A DNA stretch of 64,000 nucleotides from Octopus bimaculoides (GCF_001194135.2 NC_068982.1:188568516-188632515); one strand, 5' to 3'. Numbered from the stretch's first letter, positions 1 through 11,765 are shown. The notes: generated by a model not told the origin, from the letters alone. Made by a program: numbers and translations.

Positions 1-622
1 TGTAACAGTGTCTATGCAGTCAAAGATAAAAATAAAATGGTGTTTATATTTAAAAGCCAAGTTGAAATAGGGAAAGTGGACGACCCAGTTCTGTTGTGGG
101 ACAAGGAAAATAAGAGAGATTTAAGACATCATCATTGAGGTGTGACAACAATTGCATCGAGTTCTGATACTTCCCTGAATCCGAGTGGATTGCAATCAAT
201 TGGGTTTGACCAGTGAGAGACAACACAGTCCATCAAGACCCCCTTGTGGTCCACACCAAAATTTTGGTGATCCACATCCTGAGGTCTACATATTACAGTG
301 TACCTTTTGGGACGAATGGATGGGGGGAGTCTTATCCTCATGAATTTTGCAGGTCACTTTCAGTAAGAAAAAATAAAAAAAAACAGTTGTGTATCACTGG
401 TTAAGATGGTAAAAAATAGAAACTTAAAAACAGAAAAAGAGTCTTCTTGGAAACTACAAAGTTAAATAAAATATTTTAGCCGAGATGAGCTGACATCATT
501 GCTGGCAAGCAAAATATAATCGTGGATACTGTGCTGTCTTTGTTTTGTCTTTAAATTTTTTTTGTGCTTTTTTTTGTTTTTTTTAAATATTTTAAAATCT
601 AGTTTAAAAAGCTTTGGTTGTG

Positions 623-889
623 CTATCCATTGGTGAAGTGGTCTGTCACTGTACCAGAGCAATAATCCTTGTTAGGATTTGGATACTGGCACTGAGAGTT
701 CCCAGCAGCTGGGGTGGTGCTGCCAGAACTGTTACTTGAAGCAGATGGGGAGGAGGAGGACGCACCAAGTTCTAAGATCTCTTTAATTGCTTGAGGTAGC
801 TTCTTGCATTTCTTCAGCTGAAGACTAATGCTTTCAGCTTTGTTCAGAATTTGGTCCACATTGATGGTAAAAGACATATCATTGATGTG
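623..889 (-). CDS. TBC1D15: TBC1D15 coding exon 15 (HINDMSFTINVDQILNKAESISLQL...TNG-stop)
   Basis: Acceptor gtttttcag. HIN..S..I.V..IL.KAE.I motif, then a Ser-rich tail and TAG at 623-625. Confidence 0.9.
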   Translation of the reverse strand, partial: HINDMSFTINVDQILNKAESISLQLKKCKKLPQAIKEILELGASSSSPSASSNSSGSTTPAAGNSQCQYPNPNKDYCSGTVTDHFTNG

Positions 890-1681
890 CTGAAAAACAA
901 AGACAATCACAATTAGATATTTATCAAAAGCAATAAACCCAAACATGGCTGTGGGCTTGTGGCCCTAACCCATGAACAAATTAACCCTTCTGATAGCAAC
1001 CCACCTACAACCACTTCCTGTTTTAATCCTTTTATATAAACATAAAACGAAAATATAAAGCAAGGTAGTGAATCCAGAAGATGTGAAGGGGTTTGGAGAG
1101 AAATGAAACCAGCATAATTTGCCGTGTGTGTGTGTGTGTGTGTGTGATGTCAACGGGTTTTCCATACCGGCATGGGTTGGACGGTTTGACAGGAGCTGGT
1201 AAGCACCAGGCACCAATTGTCTGTTTTGGCATGCTTGCTACGGCTGGATGCCCTTCCTTATGCCAAACACTTTTACAGAGTGAATTCAGTGCTTCTTTTT
1301 TTTTTAACATGGCCCCAGCACATACATAAGGACTTGATGCACTGGAAGAAAAACTGGATTAGAAAAAGAGTTAGTTGTAGTAGAACAGATGAGGGAAAGC
1401 TAAGTTGATATAGATATGTAATGTATATAAATGATGACAGGTGGGTGAAGAAGTACCAGGAGATTCATGTGGAAGGAATAAGCAGAAGAGGATGGACCAT
1501 AGAAAGATGTATACTGAAGGCTGATCTTAGGTGAGAGAATGTTAGAAAGATGAAACCGAAACAGAACACATGACAGCATGCTGTGTTGAAAAATATCTGT
1601 CCAACCAATGAAAGCATAAAAATGGTGGTGGTGGTGGTGGTAAACAAGAATGTAACCCAATATTATGTTATAGGAACTTAC

Positions 1682-1798
1682 TTTCAAGATTTCAGTAAAA
1701 CCAAATCGATTCTCCATTAACGTAGCTTTCTCATTGTCTAAGATTGCCAAACAAATGAGCAAATGGTAGTTCTTACAAGGTAACCCGGTCCATAATAC
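1682..1798 (-). CDS. TBC1D15: TBC1D15 coding exon 14 (VLWTGLPCKNYHLLICLAILDNEKATLMENRFGFTEILK)
   Basis: 117 nt, phase 0/0; acceptor ctcaacag, donor gtaagt. Confidence 0.96.
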
Positions 1799-2167
1799 CT
1801 GTTGAGAAAATATAATGGAAAGAAGCGGTCTTTTAGACACAAAATGAACTGGGAACAAAGAAAGATTGGCAACAGTCAAACAGGCTTCTTTCAGTTTCTA
1901 TCTACTAAATTCATTCACAAGATTTTGGTTGGCTGAGGTATATAGAACACACTGGAACCATGTGGTCGGGAAGCAAACATCTTACCATACAGCCACAATT
2001 GCACCTCTTCTCACGAGTCAGATTAGCCATACAAAGACATTCACTGTTCCTTGGCATTAGCTCAACCACACACACACACACATCCTGTATTTTCAAGTTT
2101 ATATTTTAATATCTCCAACATTATTGGTAATTTATCGAAATTTGAAAAGAAAGGGTGCATACAGTAC

Positions 2168-2265
2168 CTCCCATAATCTCTGTATATCTGGGAAACTAAA
2201 TTCTCGTTTGAAGACAATCAACAACCAACGGAAACAAAAGTAGAAATTCCCTGAATCATGGCTCT
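2168..2265 (-). CDS. TBC1D15: TBC1D15 coding exon 13 (ESHDSGNFYFCFRWLLIVFKREFSFPDIQRLWE)
   Basis: 98 nt, phase 1 to 0. YFCFRWLL-FKREF motif. Confidence 0.96.
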
Positions 2266-2567
2266 CTGAAATTTAAGAACACAAAAAATGTCAAAATCTA
2301 AAAACATTCTGTAGTATAATCATCATCTTCATCATCCATTTTCCCATGCTGGCATCGATTGGATGATTTGACAGGAGCTGGTAAAGGCCAGGAGCTCGTT
2401 ATGGCCAGGAACTGGTTACAGCCAGATCTGGTTCAGATCATGAGAAGGTTCAGGCCGTGAGCTTCATCTGGCCGTGATCCGGTTCCAGCCCTGATCTGAT
2501 TCAGGCAATGAGTTGGTCCGGAGAAGATTTTGTTTTTAAAATTTATGTGCAATAAATTGCTTAAGCA

Positions 2568-2897
2568 TTATTTACATTATTTACATTTGACAGATATTTG
2601 TCCTCATCTTGTTTGTTGTTAACACAACGTTTCGGCTGATTTACCCTCCAGCCTTCATCAGTTCAAACCTGGCTTCTCATTCCTATTTTCTAATATTATT
2701 ATTTGGAGCCTGGTGCAGCCTTCTGGCTCACCAGTCCTCACTCAAACCATCCAACCCATGCCAGCATGGAAAGCAGACGTTAAACGACGACGATAATGAT
2801 GATGATTATTATTATTCAGGTCACTGCCTGGAATTGAACTCGGAATCTAGGGGTTAGTAGCCTGCACTCTTAACCACTGCGCCATATGCCCGTGGGC
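2568..2897 (-). mobile_element. Family A SINE copy interrupted by an RTE 3' fragment
   Basis: Same tail and tRNA head as the other copies. RTE tail at ~2700-2812 sits in the (ATT)n linker; the head ends in the palindrome-centre sequence tgcccgtgggca. Confidence 0.8.
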
Positions 2898-3392
2898 AAC
2901 CATGGAGTGACTTTTAGGGCTTATAAATTGTTTATGCTTCTACAACACAATCCTTTTATACAATTCCGAATATTTAATTATAGAAATACAGCAGGATTTT
3001 TTTATACACATCAAATGGCTTTGATGGTCCAGCAGAATAAAAGAAGAAATGGAGTGGAGCCATATAGGCAGAAAATGGTTGAGAACCAGTGCTTTAAATA
3101 AATCATCTGCACAGATTGTTCAGCAAGGAATTGCAAAACCCTCATCTGTCTACAACAGACAGATCCACATCCGGATGATGCTTTTCATGTGTCACCAGCA
3201 TGGGGAGCCTGTCAGGCAGCACTGGCAATGACCCATGCATGAATGTTCTGAGTTCAAATTCCACCAAGATCAACTTTGCCTTTCATCCTTTCGAGGTCGA
3301 TAAATTAAGTACCAGTTATATACTGAGGTTAATCTAATCGACTGTAACCCCCTCCCCGCAAATTTCAGGCCTTGTGCCTATAATAGAAAGGC

Positions 3393-3426
<34 letters not shown>

Positions 3427-3584
3427 ACTGCAATAACAAATTTTACCTTAAACTACTTCAAGATTTTTTTTATCTTGCATTGTTTATAATTAATTTCTCA
3501 AATTAATAATGAAGTTTAGCTACGACAAGAGAAAGACGAAAAGCTAGAGGGGGGCGGGGGTCTATTGTTTTAAGTAATACTCAC

Positions 3585-3684
3585 CAAGATAACTGCACAA
3601 TTCAGGGTCTACGAACTGCATCAAGGTATGCATTTGTGCAAGCTGCGTTTTCATACCTTGTTGATCCATTTCGAAGTTACTACA
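3585..3684 (-). CDS. TBC1D15: TBC1D15 coding exon 12 (CSNFEMDQQGMKTQLAQMHTLMQFVDPELCSYL)
   Basis: 100 nt, phase 0 to 1; acceptor ggtttcag, donor gtgagt. Confidence 0.95.
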
Positions 3685-4511
3685 CTGAAACCAAAACAAA
3701 AAAAAAAAAAAAACACCNNNNNNNNNNAAAAAAAAAAAAAAAACACCTCAAAATATGGTAAATAACTTTATGTTCACCCCTAACAAATACATAATTTAAT
3801 AGGGAGTTAACCTACTCAGAGCTGGGCCCTTGTGTCTAAACTTTACTCTATTTGAACTCCTGAGCAAAAAAAACACAATTACATTTCTAAATCTCTCAGA
3901 GATTATCTTGCTGCTACTGCATAAATCTCTGAGAGATTTAGAAATATATTATTTTCTATTTCAAAAATCAGTGAATGCATATGTATGTATATATATATAT
4001 ATNNNNNNNNNNTTTCAAAAGCGAATAGGCATGGACAGCTAGCAAGCCATGCTACTCCAGACTGATGATGAGCAATGACTCTGAAACCAGTCTCTGGATG
4101 CTGGCTTTGCAGGGTGGAGGTGCTTGTCTCCACTTTGAAAACATAAGGACACAGGAAATGTGTCAAGTCCAACAGGAAACGGTGTTTCTTAGGGCTAAAT
4201 AACAGTAGCATTCTTCCCTTTCATGGGACCATCACATTAAGTTGACAACAGAATCCTCAAAAAACTGAGCAGAAGAACAATGATGGGCCTTTCTCTCAAC
4301 TGCCATATTTGTTATCCTGGATCATTACTTCCTTCATCTCTTTCACCAGTTTCATTGCCCAAATCACTCTTATTGCCAGCATAAGTGTAAACTCTTCATC
4401 CAAAGAGTAAATATCACCAATAATTTGCACAAATGTAAGAGAAAAAAAAAAGTCTAGGCCTTGCATATTATTTACATTTGACAGATATTTGTCCTCATCT
4501 TGTTTGTTGTT

Positions 4512-4557
4512 AATACAAGATTTCGGCTGATATACCCTCCAGCCTTCATCAGGTGTC
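4512..4557 (-). ncRNA. Hammerhead motif, degenerate copy
   Basis: Core and stem II intact. ACGT palindrome changed to ATCT, and one stem I mismatch. Confidence 0.55.
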
Positions 4558-4767
4558 TTGGGGAAATTTCAAACCTGGGTTCTCATTCCTAAGGTAATTT
4601 GTGATGTTGTTGTTGTTATTATTATTATTAATCAAGTCACTGCCTGGAATCGAACTCGGAATCTTGGGTTTAGTAGCCCGCACTCTTAACCACTATGCCA
4701 CATGAATAATAATGATAACATTGAAAAATAGCTTAGGAATGATAACCCAGGTTTGAAATTTCCCCAA

Positions 4768-4813
4768 GACACCTGATGAAGGCTGGAGGGTATATCAGTC
4801 GAAACGTTGTGTC
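4768..4813 (+). ncRNA. Minimal type I hammerhead ribozyme motif (intact)
   Basis: GACAC-CTGATGA-A-GGCTG...CAGTC-GAA-ACGT-T-GTGTC. Stem I fully Watson-Crick, one G-U in stem II. Confidence 0.75.
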
Positions 4814-5111
4814 AAGAACAAACAAGATAAGGACAAATATCTGTCAAATGTAAATAATGTAAATAAATTCCTCATCTCTTAAATATAGAACTGTAGGCCT
4901 TGCATGTTTACAAAACAAAGTGCTGTGTTTATCACACGCTTGATTGATTGCAAAATCATTTTTCTTCTTTTTTTTGGTTAAAAACAAAAGTAAACAACAG
5001 CTGACTCCAAAGTTGCAACAAGGACCAGTTCGATTATTTTTAGTAGTTTATCTCTTTTAACAGGAATCCAGAAGAGATTTCGTTTATGCTATTCCCATTA
5101 TACCAGGAACA

Positions 5112-5555
5112 CGACAGGAGACCTTTGGAGATATGCTGTGATTGAGAAGACCCAGCAACTAAAGTGAAATTGCAGCCATGCATGACTGGCCCTGTTAAGA
5201 ATACCCAGATGCATCGGGCAATATGATATGCTTGAGAAGACTTACTGAGTCAAGTAGAACCAATGTCACAGCTGTGGCCAGCTCCCCCTTTCTGGCCCCT
5301 GTGCTGGTGGCACTTAAAAAGCATCATCTGAACTCGGTCGATGCCAGGTCCCCCTGACTGGCTCTCGTGCCAGTGGCACATAAAAAAAGCACCCACTACT
5401 CTCTCAGAGTGGTTGGCATTAGGAAGGGCATCCAGCTGTAGAAACATTGCCAGATCAGATTGGAGCAGCCACTGGCTCTCCAGACCTCAGTCAAACCTTC
5501 CAACCCATGCCAGCATGGAAAACGGATGTTAAATGATGATGATGATGATGATGAC
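5112..5555 (+). mobile_element. RTE LINE 3' fragment
   Basis: gacctttggagatatgctgtg...catggaaaacggatgttaaa(tga)n. Confidence 0.8.
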
Positions 5556-5681
5556 AGTGTGATGATAGGGTTGAAATAGTTTTATCATTGGAGACAAGAT
5601 ACGTAGAACCTTGGCAAGCTGCAGCTCTGGTTCAATCTTTGAAGCATATATTTAAAGTTTACGCAAAGAAAAGAAACTTAC

Positions 5682-5782
5682 AACAGTTTCCATAAAACCA
5701 GCGAAGCACCAAAAGGCATCAACCTCATTTTCCATTATTACTAATATAGGAGAGAGCAAGTCGCTCATTCCTTGAACATAAC
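5682..5782 (-). CDS. TBC1D15: TBC1D15 coding exon 11 (YVQGMSDLLSPILVIMENEVDAFWCFAGFMETV)
   Basis: 101 nt, phase 1 to 0. Carries the glutamine finger; acceptor ttttacag, donor gtaagt. Confidence 0.96.
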
Positions 5783-5833
5783 CTGTAAAATAAGGGAGAT
5801 AACTTTAGAAGAAATTATAAACATTGATTGATT

Positions 5834-6014
5834 ATTGTATCTGGGGAGACGAGTGTCTTTTAGTGCCTTATCAATTTAACACACTCACCAGCCTGATGGC
5901 CACTCATTTACTTATTTTTACTATGTGAAAATGAAGTGAAAAAGAGGAAATCAGACTGGTGAGTATGTTAAATTAATAAGGCACTAAAAGACAATGACTC
6001 TCCCCAGACACAAT
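5834..6014. repeat. Inverted repeat (~64-bp arms, ~52-bp spacer), MITE-like
   Basis: 5834-5897 is the imperfect reverse complement of 5950-6014. Confidence 0.75.
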
Positions 6015-6418
6015 AAAATATGCTTCAACACACAAATTCACATAAAGAATCTTGCAAACCAAATACAAAAACGAAATAGGTATTGTTTATTTTGATCTAC
6101 GATACCGTGAGTTAAAGTAGATTAAAGTTGGGTTTGTTAATCTAAAAACCAATTACTTCAGAAACAGCTACACTGTGGTCAGCATTAACAGAAATAAAAC
6201 CTGCAAATTAGAGGTTTTGAGGCCGTTGTAGAATTGAAAAGTGTAACTTAACCCTTTTGTTACCATTAACAGCACTTGTTTCATTCAATTCAAAAAATAA
6301 TGAAGACTTTAGTAAAATAACTGTCATTATTAAGCTGGAGTTTGAAGCATAAATTGACATGAAATCTTTTGGGTAAGTTTTAATTTAGCAATCACTTTAA
6401 AACAAGAAAGTCTGTCGA

Positions 6419-6480
6419 TGTTATTATTATTATTATTATTCAGGTCACTGCCTGGAATCGAACTCGGAATCTTGGGATTA
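6419..6480 (-). mobile_element. Family A SINE fragment (linker and B-box part)
   Basis: (att)n-caggtcactgcctggaatcgaactcggaatcttggg matches the other copies. Confidence 0.7.
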
Positions 6481-7104
6481 AGAAGAAAGTTTGTATTATA
6501 GAACCAGGGGTGGCTGGGAATCAAAAGGGCTGAACATTTTTGGGGGGCCAAATATATTTACTTTGTAATCCCGGAAACAACTCTAGAATTCTTCCAGATT
6601 ATATTCGTTTTTCTCTTGTGTTACCAAGTTAAAGGTTTTGCAAATCTGGAAAAACAATGCAACTCTGACCTGACTATAAACAAAGTTACCATTCATACCA
6701 AGATGGCATCATTTGTTTAGCAATTTTCTGTGAAAACATGTCCAGACATTCAGCTGCTCATGTCTGAATCAATAGACAAGTAGATTATCATCTCACTTGA
6801 AAAACAAGTGAAGATTGTTAACAGGAAAGGCATCGAGTTGTAGAAAAACTACTTCATGTACACTTGTTTAACCCATGCAAACACAGAGGCAGACACTTAA
6901 ATGATGATTCCTTGGTGAACTCCATCTCAATGCTATTATTAATATAAACTCGGTGGGACACCTTAAAAACAGAACTTCACTAATGGTTGAAATCTGTCCT
7001 AGTATCTCTTTTTTTTTTTTGTGGGGTGTGGGGTGTGGGTCTTTCTTTCAGAATTTTAAGCAACCAGACAAGACAAAATATTGAAGCAAAAATTCCAGAC
7101 TTAC

Positions 7105-7221
7105 TAAGATCAAAATTATACATGCAGTATGTTCTAAGAATGTCGTTTAGAACTTGTAAATTATGGTTTCCATCTCCTTCAAAGAACTTGTGAGTGCGAT
7201 CGGTTCTGGACACATCTTTTT
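7105..7221 (-). CDS. TBC1D15: TBC1D15 coding exon 10 (EKDVSRTDRTHKFFEGDGNHNLQVLNDILRTYCMYNFDL)
   Basis: 117 nt, phase 1/1. Carries the catalytic arginine finger; donor gtaagt. Confidence 0.96.
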
Positions 7222-8403
7222 CTAGAGAGAGAAACAAAAATGTCATCAGTTACACAAATATTGGCTTTCTCTGACAATGTCAAGAAAACTTATAATAAAA
7301 TACACCCATTTCTCTGATCTCATCTCAAGTCTACTTTGTCTCTAATCTTGGTTTGACTTGTTTTCACAGCTATGAGCTTCAAACACATGCTCCAGTCACA
7401 CTTCATGTCCTTATTATCAACAGAGCTATTTCGTTCAGGAAAATATAATCATTGTATAATTATTTCAACTTAATTGAACTAGGTCTGAAAAGCAAGTCTA
7501 ATGTGTGTGCGTGTGTACCCTGGTGTAATTACCCTGTCTACTAAGTCAAGAACCAGTGGACACCATTTGATATAAACAGTTCCTTCACAAGGCGGCTGTT
7601 TGATTTTTGTACATTAAACACACACCACCACCTCATATCTTCCCCACCATCACCACCACACTTTTGTACCTCTTAGGTTATTGTAAGGACAATAACCACA
7701 ATCCAGAGACCAAGAAGAGGAAGAGAGGAGTTATCCTGAAACCAAAGACTTGGCCTTCATGTCTGCAACAGAGTAACAAACTCTACGAAAGGCAACCAAT
7801 AGGCCAAACGGTATTGTTAAACCAGATGAACGCAGTTAGAATCAATACCACAAGGCACCTTGTTATGTGATGCTGACCATTCTGCCAATCACTGTCCTTC
7901 ACTGTTATTTATATTTATTGATCCTCCAAAAGATGAAAAGCCAAATTAACTTTGGTAGAACTTTCATGATTATTAAGGATACACTTGCTGAAATTAATTC
8001 CATGCTGGTACCAAATATAAAGTGCATACATGGTACCAACTAAATGTAGATAAATGTTACATCAAAGGACATTAGAACACTTATCCGGCAGAAACACATG
8101 TCGGATTGGAATTTAATGGGAATAATCCTGTAATAGGGGACAATGCTACTGTTGTTTACAGCCCCAGGAAGACATCTCCTCCAGCTGGCTAACGACACAC
8201 TGTCTGTGTCCAATTAGTATTTGTGAAGGAAAATCATCATTCCCATCTCTAGCCTAACATGATAGACAACAACCTTGGTTTCTGATACACACACACACAC
8301 ACACCTCCCTTGCATCTTTCTCTTCGGTCTAGGATTCTTTCTCATTGTGCATACATCATCAACCTCCAGTGATGTTCTGATTAAACTAATGATGCCAACC
8401 TAC

Positions 8404-8498
8404 CTATAAGTGTCTTGCTGTCTTTTAGTTTAGTAAACCGGCTTTCTTGTTCTGCACTTATGGTTTTCCACTGAAGCTTCATTTTAAAATAATCATCA
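8404..8498 (-). CDS. TBC1D15: TBC1D15 coding exon 9 (DDYFKMKLQWKTISAEQESRFTKLKDSKTLI)
   Basis: 95 nt, phase 2 to 1. MKLQWK motif; donor gtaggt. Confidence 0.95.
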
Positions 8499-10136
8499 CT
8501 AGAAACAAAAAACAAACAAACGTTTAGTTATTTAAAAAGAAAAACGACAGATTAACTTTTCACTTTTAAACACGACAGTAAAAGAATTTTGGCTTCAAAT
8601 TTCTCAAGAAAGGAGATACGAGAACCAAAATAACAAAAACTTCAACTCCATTACCTGCAAATGTAACCAAGATCTTGTTTCCAGCTAAATCATATATAAA
8701 CTTTGTTTATATAGGTTAGACAAAGGTCTAAATCTGGTTAGACATTATTTGCAACACTTACTACAACCACTGCTGTATCCTTAAATAAGCTACATGGCTA
8801 TTAACCATGGCCTGCAAACAGGCCCCAACTCAAATTCAATCAAAAAGTTAGTGCTGTAAGGTATATGGCCCTTACAAAAAACAGGTTGTACAGATTAGGT
8901 TAGAAGGTAAGCATGGGCATAGTAGTGTAGTTAAGAGGCTTGTTTCCAAACCACATGATTCTGGGTTTAGCCCCACTGTCTAACCCCTTGGGCAAATACT
9001 TTTTAATTTAAGCCCCCAGGCTGATCAAAGCCTTGTGAGTGGATTTAGAACATGGAATCGGAAAGAAACATGCATGCATGTATGTATATTTGTGAGACAA
9101 TGTTTATGTCTCCTCATCTGGACATGAAACAAAAACTGTAAACGAGGCTGACCGTCATACAGTGTTATTCATTTCCAATAGTCTGTGAAAACATGTCTGG
9201 CCAAGGGGAAATATTACCCACACTACATACATATATACATATGTGATGGGCTGTTTTTACTTTTCATCCAGCAAATTCACTCGCAAGGCTTTGGTCAATC
9301 CAGGGACCACAGTTGAAGATATTTGCCTCAAGATGCCACAGAGTGGGACTGAATGTGAAATCCTGTGGTCAAGAAACCAACTTCTGAACCATACAGTTAG
9401 ACCAGAGCCTAGCCATGTCTATTAACCAAATTTCTATAACTTGCTTTTTAAGGGCCAAGAGAGGGTTGTCAAGTGGAAAGGATTCAAGCTGTGGAAAATC
9501 TGCCTCAATCATCATCGTTTAACGTCCGTTTTCCATGCTGGCATGGGTTGGACGATTTGACTGGGGTCTGGGAAGCCAGAAGGCTGTACCAGGCTCCAAT
9601 CTGATCTGGCAGTGTTTCTACAGCTGGATGCTCCTCCTAATGCCAACCACTCCGAGAGTGTAGTGGGTGCTTTTTATGTGTTACTAGCACAGGGGCCAGA
9701 GGGGGCTGGCATCAACCACAATCAGATGGTGCTTTTTACGTGCCACTGACGGAGGGGGGTCACACTGTCCAATTCATGCAAGCATGGAAAAATCGATGTT
9801 CAAATGATGATATTGGCTAAGTCAACTGACCATTTATTAAGTCTTTGCCACTGGTTTGTTGTGCAACCATAGGTCAGCCTTGATTAAGCAAGGCTATGGT
9901 GGATTGTCAGGAAGTCAAATGAATGTAATCCGCATGAATTTACTTTGTGAAATCATGATTCATCAATATTTATCAGTGTTCATTTTACTGATCTCCAGTG
10001 ATTTATTATGCAGTAAAGCCCTTATAATCACTGACATTAGAGTTTGTTTCCTGGTCAAGGCAACAAGTTATGTATCTCATATAGAGACACAGCAGTAATT
10101 GTAACGAGTATTTAAATTTCTAACAATAATAGACCA

Positions 10137-10605
10137 TTACAAAATTACTATTTTTTAAATCTCACAACGTAAGACATTCAGCAACAGTACTTTGGAGTAA
10201 AGTACTGTTTACTCCAGTACTTTGGAATAAAGTACTGGAGTAAAGGTTGTTTGCTGACATAACATGGCGGTCCTGGTTTAGGACTAATATTGCTGTAATT
10301 TAAAAATAGTAATTTTCTAATTTATAGATCAGTGACTAGTTGTTACTTTGAAAACTATATATTTCAAACGGGAATTTAGCAGTGCCACCTCTAGCCAAAC
10401 AATTATTCTGTGCTGATGAAGGGAAATAACGATATACAGACATTGTTTTGAACTGAGTGGGGGTACTAGATTCCATTGTTGAAAAGTACAAGGACACAGA
10501 TCGTGTCGTATAGCCAGCTGGAGACGATGTCTCCTGTGGCTAAATTACAGCAACATTCGTCCTAAACCAGGACTGCCATGTTATGTTGGCAAACAATCTT
10601 TACTC
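10137..10605. mobile_element. Family B palindromic element (Penelope/retrozyme-like)
   Basis: Inverted 5' arm plus direct arm; 13-bp TSD caataatagacca (10124-10136, 10606-10618). Hammerhead-like motif partly deleted at 10407-10440. Confidence 0.82.
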
Positions 10606-11061
10606 CAATAATAGACCAGGTCTCAATAGATTTAGACCTTATTTAATTACATAGATGTAGTGAGACAATTTAGATATGTTCCATTCTGTATTTCCCTATA
10701 TATTCCTGTGCATCTGCAAATTCTCGGTGGCCACACAAGACACGTATAAACATACAAGAATTATGATAGAAGGACAGGAACAAGTGTCTTGCTGTAGAAG
10801 TTGGAAAGGAAGAAAAGGGAAAAGATGATGATAAGGTGTCAAGGGACACCTTTAAGGTACAAGAATGAGATATATGGTCAACAGGTGTGGTCTGTGTGCA
10901 ACGTTATGATGCAAATCACTGCTTGATCTGCTAGAAACAGTAGCTAAATTTCCTTCATCTTACCAAACTAATAAACAATATAATTGGAGAGGTGGTAGGG
11001 CTATTAAAATAAAATGATAACAATGATAATTTCCAATTAGATAATTAGAAAGAAAACTTAC

Positions 11062-11165
11062 ACTTTTCTCTTTCGTTCTTCCTCTCTACTCTTCTTTGTT
11101 GAGTCCCATTTATAATAATCTAAGAGAAACTTCCAAACTTCAACACGCATTGTAGGTTCAATACC
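11062..11165 (-). CDS. TBC1D15: TBC1D15 coding exon 8 (GIEPTMRVEVWKFLLDYYKWDSTKKSREEERKRK)
   Basis: 104 nt, phase 0 to 2. WKFLL motif; donor gtaagt. Confidence 0.95.
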
Positions 11166-11765
11166 CTAAAGTTAGTGGAGAAGATGAAGAACATGGTAAA
11201 TCAAAATGGTAAAAACTTTAGGAGAGAAAAAACCCCATAAAATCTGAATCCCCAAAATTATTCCCTCAGTTGTCATTTCACATTATTTGTATGGAGTTAG
11301 ACATTAAAGTGTTCATACATACAGCCTCGTTTAACACTGATTCACTCATCACTGGTCTGGAACAGCATGGTACACTCGACTGTCAACTGGGGGTGCCATG
11401 TAAAAAGCACCCGGTACACTCTGTGAAGTAGTTGGTGTTAGGAAAGGCATCCAGCCATAGAAACTGTGCCAAAACAGACAATTGGAGCCTGCTGCAGCTC
11501 TTCAACTATCAAACCACCTCACCCATGCCAACATGGGAAAACGGACGTTAAATAATGATGCTATCTTTAAGTATTCCTTTCCTTCCTTAGATACTTGGAC
11601 AAGTATACCCTGTCATATCATTTTCCTCATTTATATTTCTCTCTCTCTCTGTCTATAATTTCTTATGACTTATGCAGTCTACTAGATACACAAGGGACAA
11701 ATTTGAAACTATCAATGTATTTTGCTTGTAATAACTAAAAAAACATAGAAAAGCAATTCACTTAC

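Larger units (their letters stand above)
4467..4893. mobile_element. Family A palindromic tRNA-SINE with hammerhead motifs (inverted arms)
   Basis: Minus arm with tRNA-like head (4467-~4702) plus a headless plus arm (~4703-4893). Flanked by 12-bp TSD taggccttgcat (4455-4466, 4894-4905). Confidence 0.85.

Noticed and set aside
2390-2520. GC-rich short-period pattern (tctggttcag / tccggttccag / tctgattcag)
   Set aside because: Too short and degenerate to define a unit, ends or TSD.
8085-8220. Fragment resembling family B with GAAAC-ACAT-GTC
   Set aside because: No CTGANGA core or stem I partner upstream; too degenerate to call a ribozyme.
8655-8684. 30-nt phase-2-compatible microexon candidate between exons 8 and 9
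   Set aside because: Weak acceptor (atatatgatttag), and it would insert 10 aa inside the conserved TBC fold.
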